A stretch of 64,000 nucleotides of DNA from an uncultured Nitrososphaerales archaeon (GCA_963841565.1 CAWJCY010000004.1:50350-114349), one strand, 5' to 3'. Counted from the first letter of the stretch, positions 9,628 through 20,981 are shown. Notes: a model not told the origin generated them from the sequence alone. Numbers and translations: made by a program.

Positions 9628-11013
9628 TTAAAGATAATCAAGTATACTTGATTGGCCATCCTCCTGGCCAGATCCTCTATTTAGTATCAAATTTGATATC
9701 TTTATGCCTATCTTCCTTATAGGAACGTTAATGAATAGTTCAGTACCAGTATTTGAGGGTCTGTTCTCCATCATGTTATTAGCAGCTTGCCCTTCTTGTC
9801 TATCTGTGACTGTGGAATAGAACTTTTGTAGAAGGCCTGGTATAGCGTTACTGATACTTTGTCTGGTGTCCTGATAATGCAAATATGATCTCTCTCTCGT
9901 TTCAACTACGAAATCTGCATGTACCAGTTTAATACCTACTGTACGAAATCGATACCCTCTTCTTTGTATTCTCCTAAACAGCTCATCTGTTAATGCGTCA
10001 AAGTGAACAAGTAAACTTTGTTGATCTTTTGTAAAATCAGGCAATGTGTATTCGGTACTCAGAGAGACATGTTCACTTCTAGGTCGAACAGGATCATCGT
10101 CTAGGCCTTTGGCAATTTTCCACATACGTATCCCATACTTATTACCGAATCTGTCCACAAGGGTTTGGACGTCAGTTCTTGCAAGTTGTCCGATCGTTTC
10201 GATACTCATCTGCTTTAATGATTTTTTAGTTATAGTCCCGATACCTGAAATTCTCTCTACTTTGAGGTTTTCAAGGAAATTGGCAACCGCTGTTGGAGGA
10301 ACTATCGTGAGTCCGTCTGGTTTTCTGAAGTCTGAAGCAATCTTAGCAATTGATTTAGTAGGAGCAACCCCAACTGAAGTTAGAAGACCACATTCTATCT
10401 TTATCTTATTTTTGATCGAAATCGCAAAGTCCTCGATTAGATGTGAATAGCTCAAATCGCGTACTGACTCACATTCTCTCTTAGCGGGTCGATGTACTAG
10501 AACTGAATCATCAACATCTGTTGCTTTATGCTTATGTACTACCAAAGCATGAATCTTGTCAGAACAATCTAGGAAAGCTTCATCAATGCTGGTCTGTTCT
10601 AAAATATCAGAGCAATCGTGTAAAACGTTCATCACTTTCTCAGAGATCGTTGCGTAGTACGGAATATCTACCCGATTAAGGACAAGTTCGGGACATGCTT
10701 TTAAAGCGGAGGATAAGGGCATCGCGGATCTTACTCCCATTTTCTTTGCTTCGTACGAGCATGAGGCTACAACTCCTTTTGTGATTCGGCCTTGCTCTTC
10801 ACGAGTCATAATTACAGCATGAGGCTTACCCACTAGCAGCGGCAAACGTAACTCTTCACATGAAGGGTAAAACGAATTTAGATCAACATGGACAACAACT
10901 CTCTTGTCCTTCCATGAATCTGACTGACCTGCGTCACTGCTTGGTCCTGCACTGCTACTATTCGTTAACTCGTTGATTTGAGTAAAATCTGGGATGGCAC
11001 TATCCTCATTCAT
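9628..11013 (-). CDS. dinB: Y-family DNA polymerase IV (DinB/Dpo4)
   Basis: VHVDLNSFY, SCSYEAK, SIDEAFLD, AKIASDFRKPDGL, HhH GIG; C-terminal PIP-box-like QSSILDYL. Confidence 0.95.
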   Translation of the reverse strand: MNEDSAIPDFTQINELTNSSSAGPSSDAGQSDSWKDKRVVVHVDLNSFYPSCEELRLPLLVGKPHAVIMTREEQGRITKGVVASCSYEAKKMGVRSAMPLSSALKACPELVLNRVDIPYYATISEKVMNVLHDCSDILEQTSIDEAFLDCSDKIHALVVHKHKATDVDDSVLVHRPAKRECESVRDLSYSHLIEDFAISIKNKIKIECGLLTSVGVAPTKSIAKIASDFRKPDGLTIVPPTAVANFLENLKVERISGIGTITKKSLKQMSIETIGQLARTDVQTLVDRFGNKYGIRMWKIAKGLDDDPVRPRSEHVSLSTEYTLPDFTKDQQSLLVHFDALTDELFRRIQRRGYRFRTVGIKLVHADFVVETRERSYLHYQDTRQSISNAIPGLLQKFYSTVTDRQEGQAANNMMENRPSNTGTELFINVPIRKIGIKISNLILNRGSGQEDGQSSILDYL

Positions 11014-11487
11014 GAATTAAGCCCACACACAAAGCCTCAACCTGTTGTCTGGTCGTTTGTGTTCCTGTTCAATGATAAATACAAACGGCAAGGTACATGA
11101 AAATATCAAGCAGAAATGTAAAGAATATACAACATTAGTCCTGACCAAAACAAGAAATAGAACAAGCATTATAACAACTATAGTGACCATAGTGATAATA
11201 ATGATGTGATATCGATGTTTACAATGGGGGTTATTACTACCACCTTTACTATACAAAGCACTTTTTTCATTCGTATGGTGAACTATCATGACATGCTTCA
11301 AGTTTTCTTATTTACTTATACTTCATTCATTTACTGATGCTAGATAAAAAAACCTATTGCTTGCACTTGCCAGATTTAGCCTATCTCTTGTAACGTTACA
11401 TAATAGGATAAATGAAAGTCGTTCTGAACCTATCGCTCTGATCGAAATTTATATCTAACGCCTGAAAGCTACTACTTCAGTAATCGC

Positions 11488-13254
11488 ATGAGTAAAAAAA
11501 ATAAGCTTGATTCTCGACTCCTTTATAAGAAAGATAACTGGTTTCGTGATTCATTCGGAAGATATGTTATGTTCAGAGGCGTAAACTTTGGAGCAAGGAG
11601 CAAACTTCCTCCTTACCTCCCCATTTCTCCACTTAATGTTAAGAAGATATCTGCACAAGAGCTTACAAGTGAAATTGAGTCTGTAACCAAGGAACTTGAC
11701 CTCTTGCAGGAATCAGGGTTTAATGTAATTAGATTTGTTCTCTCTTGGAAAGCCATAGAACCTACGCCTAATCCAGACCTTGATCGGATTCTACCAGAGG
11801 GAGAAGAATATCTGAGACTCGTACTGCAGATCATTGATGAGCTATATTCACGTAATCTCCTGGTCTTGCTCGATTTCCATCAGGATATCGCTCATGAGGT
11901 ATGTGGAGGAGACGGATTTCCGGATTGGGCTCTGGCGTTGAGTAATGATGTCAGGAGGCCAGAGAAGCCAGTGAAAAACAATAAACTGTGGGCTATGTCG
12001 TACCAAATGAATAAGCTCGTCAAAAACACGCTATATTCATTTTATCATAACGATCTAACCAATGATGAATTGAAGCTCTCTCACTATCCAATAAGGACAC
12101 ACCTTGAAAAAACAATAGGACAGACTATTAAATTCTTGAAGAGCGCGAAGGGTGGGGAAGGTCACCCTGCCATTTTAGGCGTGGACCTTTTTAACGAGCC
12201 TCATCCTGCAGGGATTGACAAACTTGAATTTGAATCAAAGTTGCTAAAGGAGTATTATCTAAATGCTTTCCATGAAATAAGGAAATATGATGACAAGATT
12301 TTTGTGTTCATTGAGCCACGGGTAGATTGGACAGCATTTTCTTCAGAAGAGATGAACAAGAAATTAACTGGTTGGGATAAGGCTAAGAAATTCGATCTAA
12401 GAAGATTTCTACGCATTGGTGATATGGAAATGGTACGCTCGCCTCTAGATGAAGGGACATATACTAAAAAAGGACTCATGGATCCTCCCAAGGAGATAAA
12501 TACATATCTTCCTGGAAAAACTGATTGGCCCGCTGAATTTCTGGAAAGAGGAGTGTTTTCGTTTCATTATTACGATACTCGGGCCATAATGTCATCCTTT
12601 GGCATGATCCCCGAAAATCTGTCAAAATACAAGCAGGATTGGCCTGACGTATTTGAAAGAATTGTATCAGCAGGTTATGAAAGAGATCTAATCCCATTTC
12701 TAACAGAGTTCGGCGGAACTCAAGAGTCCGAACAGATTAGTCCATACATTAATTTGCAATACATTCAAGTTGAATCTCAACTCTTGAATTCTACCTACTG
12801 GAATTATGACCTCTATAACACCAAGGATGGAAAGGATAACTGGAATCTTGAGAATTTTTCTCTACTAGGTCCTCAGAGAAAACCAAGACACTTAGATCTT
12901 GCGACCAGACCCTATCCTTTGCTGAGTTCTGCCAAACCAGCATTTCTTTCCTTTGATACCAAAAACAAATACTTTTCACTGATGCTTGAAGGTAGTGTAA
13001 TTGACGAGCCTACTGTGATATTTGTACCTAAAAATACTCACTATCACAAGGGATTCTATGTGTGGACTACTTCAACTACTAAAGAGTCTGTAGAATGGGA
13101 TGCTGATGACCAACTTTTGTACTGGAAACCCTCCAAGGAGCTGGACAATAACACTCTAGTCATTTCAGATAAGGAAGACGTCCATATCAACAAGCTTCCT
13201 AAAGAAGTTAGCGGGACCTTCTCAACTTTGAGTCCTTTAGGAGGATTTGAATGA
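11488..13254 (+). CDS. Glycoside hydrolase family 5, endoglycoceramidase-like, with C-terminal beta-sandwich
   Basis: 'D.FGR...RGVN', GFNVIR, W.AIEP, LDFHQD, GDGFPDW, acid/base FNEP, FHYY, nucleophile TEFG, RPYP. Confidence 0.88.
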   Translation: MSKKNKLDSRLLYKKDNWFRDSFGRYVMFRGVNFGARSKLPPYLPISPLNVKKISAQELTSEIESVTKELDLLQESGFNVIRFVLSWKAIEPTPNPDLDRILPEGEEYLRLVLQIIDELYSRNLLVLLDFHQDIAHEVCGGDGFPDWALALSNDVRRPEKPVKNNKLWAMSYQMNKLVKNTLYSFYHNDLTNDELKLSHYPIRTHLEKTIGQTIKFLKSAKGGEGHPAILGVDLFNEPHPAGIDKLEFESKLLKEYYLNAFHEIRKYDDKIFVFIEPRVDWTAFSSEEMNKKLTGWDKAKKFDLRRFLRIGDMEMVRSPLDEGTYTKKGLMDPPKEINTYLPGKTDWPAEFLERGVFSFHYYDTRAIMSSFGMIPENLSKYKQDWPDVFERIVSAGYERDLIPFLTEFGGTQESEQISPYINLQYIQVESQLLNSTYWNYDLYNTKDGKDNWNLENFSLLGPQRKPRHLDLATRPYPLLSSAKPAFLSFDTKNKYFSLMLEGSVIDEPTVIFVPKNTHYHKGFYVWTTSTTKESVEWDADDQLLYWKPSKELDNNTLVISDKEDVHINKLPKEVSGTFSTLSPLGGFE

Positions 13255-13606
13255 AAAGGATTAGTAATACTGGCGGCGATAAATTGTAAATGAGTTTGTG
13301 TACATGCAAAACTCAGGTTTCATACATCAAAATGCGTATAACGCATCTATCTAGTGGTCATTCTACCACAACTTCTACTATGCGAGATGGCTACACACAG
13401 AGTATCCGAGTATACTGGTTTATTCAACGATTTATCTCCTAATACTTCATCACATGAAAGAACTTGATGTGAATGTATTATGAATGGAATGCAACAAAGG
13501 CTAATTATTCAATGCGGTTATACGTGGATGAGACATAATAAATCTTCCAGAGGGACATTGATGATATTATTGCTGCATAGTCAGAAAGAATAGGCTCTGA
13601 AAATTC

Positions 13607-14243
13607 TCAAAAAATTCTATTCGCAAGGCGACCCTCGCCCTTAACCCCTCTCACTATCATGCTGATCCCCACTATTATGAGAGTGATAGAAAGCATGAAG
13701 ACAAGAAGCATCAAACCGAAAGTGGTTGGATTTGCAATTATCAGAATGGCTACTACAATACAAAGAATTCCGACACCTACACTGAGGTATTTCCTGGTGG
13801 CCCGATGAATATCTTCTTCCCTAAACGCATGTATAATGCGAACAACTCCAATAACTAGAAGGGCTATTGCGGCTAAAACTATCAATAAAGCTGCACTAAA
13901 TACTGGAAACTCCATTAGCACAATTGATAGGGCGATGATCAAAAGTCCTAGCGCAATATTCGCAATTCTTGAAGAGTTGTATTTTGATGGCTTTATTGTA
14001 GTGGCTGCTGCCAGCTGTCATAGTTGTCGTAGTTGAGGTAGTTGCCGTAGAGGTTGTTGTTCTAACCACTCCGAAGCAAATTCTTTCAATACCTATGACT
14101 AGTAAAGTGATAGATAAAATAAGAACAGTCGTTGAAATAGAGGACCCTGGAACAAACAAGATAATCGCAGCTAACAAAACAGAAATCGAACCCAGTACAA
14201 TCTGGAGCATTCGCAACCAAGGTGGGGTCCTCAAAATTTGCAT
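13607..14243 (-). CDS. HdeD/DUF308 membrane protein, frameshifted (extra base near 14012)
   Basis: N-terminal 'PPWLRMLQIVLG...LLVIGIERI' in one frame and 'SRIANIALG...GVVRII' in the adjacent frame; homologous to the three neighbouring paralogs. Confidence 0.78.
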
Positions 14244-14338
14244 TATTTTTATTCTTCTAGTACCACAGCATCAGGCGGTCCTATATAAGTATCTCGCCGG
14301 CCTGCAACCTTGACACAAGATTAATATATTATACCTTC

Positions 14339-15910
14339 TTAACCGGCGACATATCAACAGCACACGATAGCAGTACGGCCACTAAATCTGAGGAAATATC
14401 TTTTGCCGCGTGGAAGTCGGCCATTATACTAACTGGAACTACATTACTCATCCTCTTCATGCATACTTCTCTATCACCTGCTATTCCTGCCATAGGTGAA
14501 GATATGGATGTGGATCAAGCCCTTGCTTCATGGGTTATGTCGATTTACATGATAACCGGGGCGGTTATGACTATCCTCATAGGGAAATTCAGTGACATAT
14601 TTGGAGCAAAAAAAATGTTGGTGCTTATGATGGTAATTTATACTGCTGCTACCGCAGTTGCTGGTTTCAGTCAAGATATTTCTACTTTATTGACTATAAG
14701 AGCAATTCAGGGTATCGCTATTGCTAATACACCAATAGCTCTGAAAATAATAAGGGATCAGTTTCCAAAAGGAAAGTTTTCAATTGGACAGAGTATTGTA
14801 ACTTCTGCATACTCAGGAGGAATGGCAATAGGTGTTGTATTAGGACCAATAATAGTGGCTTCTATTGGTTGGCAATCAATATTCTTCATGTGTGCACCCA
14901 TTTCGGCCATTCTACTCTTTTTGTGCTGGCGAGTATTGCCAGTGGATGAATCTGCCAAGATATTGGAACCTGGTACTTCCAGCCCTAATAATATTGATCC
15001 TGGTAGAAAGGATGGCGTCATCGACAAGAATGGAGCAAATAAGAAGAGAGCCAGATTAAGTTTGGATATCAAAGGAATAATTACCATGTCTGTTTCACTA
15101 GTATCATTTCTAATAGCAATAACTAACAGCGGCTCTCTATCAGAAAATCCACTGGGATTTGTCGTGCCGCTAGTTATAGGAGTTATTTCACTTATATTGT
15201 TCATTCTAGTAGAGAAAAGGGCTAAATCACCACTAGTGCCTCTGAAGTTATTACTTTCGCCACCTATATTTGCCGGGAATATAGCAATGCTAATGTTTGG
15301 TATCATACAATATATCATCATTACAGCTATTCCACAATTAGGTGCTGCACCTCAAGGATCGGGTCTGGGATTAGATCCAGACCTTGTGGGCTTGTTACAG
15401 CTCCCATTATCATTGGCAGTATTGATATTTGGTCCAGTCTTTGGAGTATTGTTAGCAAAGAAACGTAGACTTAATACAAAATTGCTCGTTCCGAGCATGG
15501 TGATAATGTCAGTATCTTTTTTGCTCGCTACAATATTCCATGAGACGTCAGCTGACGTTACAGCTTCACTATTTCTATTTGGAATAGGTGCTGCACTTTT
15601 GCCTGTCACACTGATTAACATAATCATAGCACTAACTCCAATGGAGTTAACAGGTATATCCTCCGCTGCAACCAGTGATATGAGAATAATTGGAGGAGCT
15701 ATAGGCCCTGTAATAGCAATTGTTATCATAACATCTATTCTGATACCAATTGAGGTGGACGGTGTTACCGGCCAGTACCCGAGCCCTTCGGCTTTTAATA
15801 TTGTTTTCATTGTGGGTCTTGTCTTGGCAATTGTAGCTACAATACTTGTAGTACTTATGCGTGGGCCAGCGGTAAGAGCACTGAATATTGCCGAACAAAA
15901 GCAGTTGTGA
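14339..15910 (+). CDS. MFS transporter (DHA2/EmrB-like, 14 TMS); true start upstream of ATG 14459 is uncertain
   Basis: Motif A 'GKFSDIFGAKK', RAIQG, GWQSIF, 'EKRAKSPLVPL'. Frame stays open upstream through 'AWKSAIILTGTTLLILF' (TM1). Confidence 0.88.
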   Translation, partial: LTGDISTAHDSSTATKSEEISFAAWKSAIILTGTTLLILFMHTSLSPAIPAIGEDMDVDQALASWVMSIYMITGAVMTILIGKFSDIFGAKKMLVLMMVIYTAATAVAGFSQDISTLLTIRAIQGIAIANTPIALKIIRDQFPKGKFSIGQSIVTSAYSGGMAIGVVLGPIIVASIGWQSIFFMCAPISAILLFLCWRVLPVDESAKILEPGTSSPNNIDPGRKDGVIDKNGANKKRARLSLDIKGIITMSVSLVSFLIAITNSGSLSENPLGFVVPLVIGVISLILFILVEKRAKSPLVPLKLLLSPPIFAGNIAMLMFGIIQYIIITAIPQLGAAPQGSGLGLDPDLVGLLQLPLSLAVLIFGPVFGVLLAKKRRLNTKLLVPSMVIMSVSFLLATIFHETSADVTASLFLFGIGAALLPVTLINIIIALTPMELTGISSAATSDMRIIGGAIGPVIAIVIITSILIPIEVDGVTGQYPSPSAFNIVFIVGLVLAIVATILVVLMRGPAVRALNIAEQKQL

Positions 15911-16126
15911 CGACCATCCGTTTCTTGCAGGAAAGCATCTTATATCCTCATCTCTTAAACCGATCTAGTTATACAACGTAATTCCATTTCATTTATCTTT
16001 ACCATTATTGGTGAGATTAACTTTCGAAGCACTTAGGCTACTTTATCTTGAAAAAGCTCTAAATAGATGAAATAGATAGAGACAAATGAAATTATCTTCC
16101 ACTTTAACACGGCACTGACAATACCC

Positions 16127-16133
16127 TTATAAA
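16127..16133 (+). promoter_or_regulatory. Probable TATA box of the isochorismatase-family gene
   Basis: TTATAAA ending 24 bp upstream of ATG 16157. Confidence 0.5.
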
Positions 16134-16156
16134 CACCTCGAGAGAATTTTCTTCAA

Positions 16157-16897
16157 ATGTTCGAAGTTCAGCTTGGTAAATATGCATTTAATTTTGGATT
16201 ATTGGTAGTCGATATGCAAAACGGATTTGTCAGCAAAGGAGGATCCTACGAGCTACTGGGAATGAATACCGAAGAATATAGAAAAATCATACCCAAAACC
16301 AAGGAGCTGATAGATTATTGTAGAGCAAATCTAATTCCTGTTTTTTATACCGAAGCTATTAGAGAACCCAGTGGTATAGATCTCTTAACTCGAGTTCACA
16401 GACTGCTTCCAGTAACGCGAGAAGAACGACTAAAAGTACCTATATGCGTAAGGGGAACATGGGATGCGAAAACTATTGATGAAATCGAGCCAGCAGATTC
16501 TGATCATGTCGTCATTAAACGAAGAGACTCTGCCTTTCAAGATACCGAATTAAGGGTCTGGTTACAAAGCGAGGGAATAAATACCCTAATTATTTGCGGA
16601 GTCGATACATCAATATGCGTAGAAACGTCATTGCGAGACGCTTTTAATATCGGATATGATGTAATTCTTATCTCAGATGCAACAGCGTCAGGTATTAGTA
16701 AACATTATGAAACAACTTTGGAAAGAGTTCGTGATTACTATGGTTTGGTTATGACAGTAGAACGATTCTTTCGTATAGTAAATAGCTTGAAAAAAGTTAT
16801 GGCTGGAGAGGTCAGGGTTGAAGATATTTCGAAGGATGTCATGACAGATTTCTTGAAAGAGTTCAATTTATTGGACATTCAGGAGAGAACTGAATGA
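16157..16897 (+). CDS. Isochorismatase-family cysteine hydrolase (RutB-like)
   Basis: VVDMQNGF, KRRDSAF and GVDTSICVETSLRDA supply the D-K-C triad. Confidence 0.9.
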   Translation: MFEVQLGKYAFNFGLLVVDMQNGFVSKGGSYELLGMNTEEYRKIIPKTKELIDYCRANLIPVFYTEAIREPSGIDLLTRVHRLLPVTREERLKVPICVRGTWDAKTIDEIEPADSDHVVIKRRDSAFQDTELRVWLQSEGINTLIICGVDTSICVETSLRDAFNIGYDVILISDATASGISKHYETTLERVRDYYGLVMTVERFFRIVNSLKKVMAGEVRVEDISKDVMTDFLKEFNLLDIQERTE

Positions 16898-17212
16898 ATT
16901 GACATGCATGGATCATTTAAGGGTCTACACATCAATGTTTTCTATGATGAATTGGGAGAGGAATACGCACCCCCCACAAATCGGAGATACCTTACCAAAC
17001 TGTCCAATAGACAAGAATTAGTTCTTTACAGTATATGTTAAATTCTGGATTAGTTGGCAGCGCTCTCAACAACAAAAATAGCGATTCAATTCAAAAATGA
17101 GCAGGATGAACCCTTAATGTAAAAATTAGGTCAGCGTACATCAGCGAAAGCTTCTATCACTAGTTTCATGACCTCATAACGGATCTAGAGTGTCAATAGT
17201 CTATTTTTATAA

Positions 17213-17767
17213 TTACCGTCCAGAGGTCGGCAGCCTCATTCTTCTTCCTTTAATTCCAGCAATAACCATTTCTATTCCGACTATCAGCACGGCTATTGCG
17301 ATTATGAGGCCTACGAATGCAGCTCCAAATCCAGGTGAAACCATTATCAAGATGCCTAGGACAATTTCCAAAGCTCCTACACCAATACGGAATCCTCTTG
17401 ACCAGCCTCGGCGCTCTTTGTCTCCAAATCCATGCACAAGTCTTGAGATACCATCTATAAGGAGTACAATTCCGATAAGTATTAACACAAATACGCCTAC
17501 TGCCGATGGAAATGCAATTACTATTAGTGAGAGTATGATAACTAAGATTCCTAAACCGATACTCGCCATACGAGATTTGCTCTTTACAAAGAGCCCACTG
17601 ATAACACTTTCAATACCTACAATTAGCAAAAGGATTCCTATAATAAAGATAATTGTAGTCAAAACGGCTCCTGGAATAACAAGAAGCGATATAGATATGA
17701 TTATAGCGAGCACTCCCAAACCTATTTGAGAGGCACGAACCCACCCTGGAACCCTTAAATCACTCAT
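17213..17767 (-). CDS. HdeD/DUF308 membrane protein
   Basis: 'PGWVRASQIGLG', six TM segments with an internal repeat. Confidence 0.85.
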   Translation of the reverse strand: MSDLRVPGWVRASQIGLGVLAIIISISLLVIPGAVLTTIIFIIGILLLIVGIESVISGLFVKSKSRMASIGLGILVIILSLIVIAFPSAVGVFVLILIGIVLLIDGISRLVHGFGDKERRGWSRGFRIGVGALEIVLGILIMVSPGFGAAFVGLIIAIAVLIVGIEMVIAGIKGRRMRLPTSGR

Positions 17768-18049
17768 TACTTACATGAGGGATCGAGGGTGTATAAATTG
17801 TTTTTGATAAATCGGATACAGTATTAATTAGCTATTTATCATCTGATAGATTGCTGTAATTGCTATTTGTAAGCTCTCAAAATTTCTTTAGAGGTAACTT
17901 TTTCTCTCATTAGGCAGTGTCTTGCTAAATTGCCGTGGGTCCTAGCTTTTGTTTCCAATCTGATCCAGGAAGTAATTTGAGGAATGAGCATTATTTGAGT
18001 TTCGGAGCATCTTCTAATTTTCAATTTCATCAAGTGTCGTAAGCCTCCT

Positions 18050-18109
18050 TTCTCATGGATGAGGCAGTAAACGAGAAGTCATTCTCATGGATGAGGCAGT
18101 AAACGAGAA
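18050..18109. repeat. 28-bp perfect direct repeat, two copies (TTCTCATGGATGAGGCAGTAAACGAGAA)
   Basis: Copies at 18050-18077 and 18082-18109. Confidence 0.9.
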
Positions 18110-18382
18110 ATAATAGTAGGATACATCGGTGATGATAATGGGGACTAATTCATTTCCAATTTGGTATATGATGGTCCCTTTTGCTACAAGATCCCTATGA
18201 CAGTTGTGGAAATCAGCAGCTTGATGTTTGCTTCAGGATTCTGCAATATAACAAACTGAGGACCTATGCTCCAATATTTAGATTTGGTATCAATTGGCGA
18301 AATAGATCTAGACAAATCTATCATATTGTTTTGTCTATTTACTTAAATAGGTCCTGAATGCATATGCAACGTAAATTAAAAG

Positions 18383-18962
18383 ATGAGTTCAGTAAAGGAG
18401 CCGGGTTGGAAAAGAGGCAGCACAGATTGGATTAGGTATTCTTGCAATAATTGTCTCAGGAGCAGCGTTGTTTTTCCCAGGTTTAACCGTGATTTCACTT
18501 GTTATCCTACTTGCAGTGGTGCTAATTTTCGTCGGTATTGAAAAAATCATAAGTGGTATTTTTATCCAGCACAAGTCTAGATGGGCATCAGTTGGTCTAG
18601 GAGTTATAGTAATAATTCTTGCTGGTATTGCCTTAGCTTTCCCTGTCGGTGCAACATTATTCCTGATATTCCTTCTGGCATTCGCATTGATGTTCGACGG
18701 CTTCGCACGGATTATTCATGGATTCACTGACAAACAGCTTAAAGGATGGTCTAGAGGGTTTAGCATTGGTGTAGGCATTCTTGCGGTAATCATATCAGTA
18801 ATGATCTTAGTATCTCCAGCCTTCGGAGTGGTACTTGCTGGCTTCTTCATAGGAATAGCGCTGATCATAATTGGTATCCAGATGATCGTTGCAGGTTTCT
18901 CTGGAAGGGAAACAAACATAGTACCTACAGGGTTTAAAGATAGATTATCAAAGGATTCCTAA
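18383..18962 (+). CDS. HdeD/DUF308 membrane protein, frameshifted (extra G near 18416)
   Basis: ATG 18383 gives MSSVKEPGWKR; removing one G joins it to AAQIGLGILAII..., matching the paralog at 17213-17767. Confidence 0.82.
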
Positions 18963-19253
18963 AGGATCGATACAGTTGACTGTTAGCTAATTGAATGCAG
19001 TGTATGGAGTAAACAATTAATTCCAAGCTACGGTAATGACATCAAGGTACATGAATTGAATTCGTCATATATCCATTATTGTGGCATGCACTTCAACCAA
19101 TTAAAATTTCAATGACATATTCAAATAAGCCATTGAATCCATCATTCTTTGGTTGTTCAATCTAGAGACCTATTTCATGGCAATAGTAATAACATGGTAG
19201 TAGAGAAGTGAATTCGGTTTGATTTCTCAATCATATAGGGAATACAATTATTA

Positions 19254-19844
19254 ATGGCCACTCAATGCCTTTATAAAATTATGAAGGAGGTATCAGCCCG
19301 GTCCCAATGGCTTAGAATTCTTCAGATTGCCATAGGATCAGCAGCCATTATTCTGTCAATAACAGTTATTGTAGTACCGAAACTTGCTCCCATAACAGCA
19401 ATGATTGTTTTTGCTATAGTTCTGTTCACGGTCGGAGTAGAGAGGATCGCAAGTGGAATTGGGACAGAATATCTTTCGAGAAGGTCAAGGATGATAAATA
19501 TTGGGATCGGCGCGGTTATACTATTCTTTGCAATTATCACTATTGCCTTCCCTCAAAATAGCATAAAATTTCTAGTTCTGATTGTGGGATTAGCATTACT
19601 CTTCAATGGGGCCATACGCGTAATAGATGGAATTAGAAAGTCTTTTCCGCGTCAATCACAGCGAATGTTTCGTATAGCAACAGGAGCAATATGTATTGTA
19701 TTGGCTGGGTTCGTACTCACTAACCAACAAGTCGGGATTTTTGTAGTGGTGGTAGTTATGGTTGTGGCGTTGGTCATCCAAGGAGCAGAGATAATTTATG
19801 CAGGAATTAAGGGAGAAAGAACTCGACTTATTGGTAAGAGATAA
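19254..19844 (+). CDS. HdeD/DUF308 membrane protein
   Basis: 'QWLRILQIAIG...GVERIASG'; same architecture as its neighbours. Confidence 0.85.
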   Translation: MATQCLYKIMKEVSARSQWLRILQIAIGSAAIILSITVIVVPKLAPITAMIVFAIVLFTVGVERIASGIGTEYLSRRSRMINIGIGAVILFFAIITIAFPQNSIKFLVLIVGLALLFNGAIRVIDGIRKSFPRQSQRMFRIATGAICIVLAGFVLTNQQVGIFVVVVVMVVALVIQGAEIIYAGIKGERTRLIGKR

Positions 19845-19976
19845 ACAGATGGTGTAACGCTTATCGATTGCTCAAATTGAGGGAGAATTAAGATCTCGTC
19901 TTCGTTACATATGATATTTTAAGTGGTTTTTAGACAGCTCTGACCTGAACTCAATTTATTCTCTAAATACTTCTTA

Positions 19977-20192
19977 CTACACAATGTCGATAATGTCAAT
20001 CCAATGAATGTACTGATAGCATTCGGTGCACATATCTTTTTGGTCCGTATGCTCGCAAGAATATGTAACATAGCATTCCACGCTACACCTAGCACACTTT
20101 TTTTGTGTCAAGTGATGTGACAATCTGTAATGTGCGAGCTTTAAATAAGCATGACGATCTGAGCTCGTTCTTGGCCATTGTGCCGAGGTCAT
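19977..20192 (-). CDS. Small Cys/His-rich putative Zn-binding protein
   Basis: CARC...CEH...CTEC...H pattern. Confidence 0.55.
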   Translation of the reverse strand: MTSAQWPRTSSDRHAYLKLAHYRLSHHLTQKKCARCSVECYVTYSCEHTDQKDMCTECYQYIHWIDIIDIV

Positions 20193-20981
20193 TAAACCGT
20201 AACGTCATAAAATGCGGGTACTAACTAATTTTTTGATTTTTACCGACAACTCCCGCTTGCAAATCAAGATCGATTGGTCATATGACGGAACATCCTCTAT
20301 ACCGCCGATTTATCTTTTGGATTAGATCATGAAAGCTATCTTTTTCGGTTTTTGGTGATCTCGGTGCGAATTTTATATATTCTTCTCTTTGCAAGTCCCT
20401 CAGAGGGGCTTCTTGAGATTTATCTTATATTCTAATATTGCCTCTTTCATCTTGTAATATTCGTCCATTCATTATTCGCATATAATTGAGAGACAGTAGT
20501 AGTTGACCCCCTAATTTGACGCGGGTGAACAATCGCAGAAATGGACCTGTCGAAATTATATTCGTGTCGACGAGATCCGGATCGGCATAGCGGATTTTGG
20601 TTAGTCCATTAAAGTTACATCACCGCTTCTTACAAGATATCATACAATATTACCCTAGGCGCTGTGTAAGATGACCAAAAAATCTTTTTGGTACCGACCC
20701 CCCCAATCTTTTTTTGTTTTTCCCTGAATTCGCAAGGTTGGACCGATTTTCCTTCATGGGTATATAGTCGTCTAGTGTTCTCATTTATAATTGCCAAGAG
20801 TAATACTGAAATAATGCTTATAAAGTAATCTTTTCCTTGGCACAAAGTCTTTTAACAGAATACTTTGGACTCGAATCGTTAACAGTCATTGTCTTTGCTC
20901 CATTTTTTGGCCCATCTATCGAAAGTTCAGCAAATGGTTGATACGGTTGATATAAAAACAAGCTGATATGACCTCTTAAAC

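Noticed and set aside
8838-11301. ORFs 8838-9206 and 11017-11301
   Set aside because: Atypical composition and no recognisable motifs; likely spurious ORFs in AT-rich intergenic DNA.
14758-19540. Long antisense ORFs over the MFS and HdeD genes (e.g. 14758-15321, 15352-15810, 17190-17729)
   Set aside because: Typical antisense shadows of hydrophobic membrane-protein genes.
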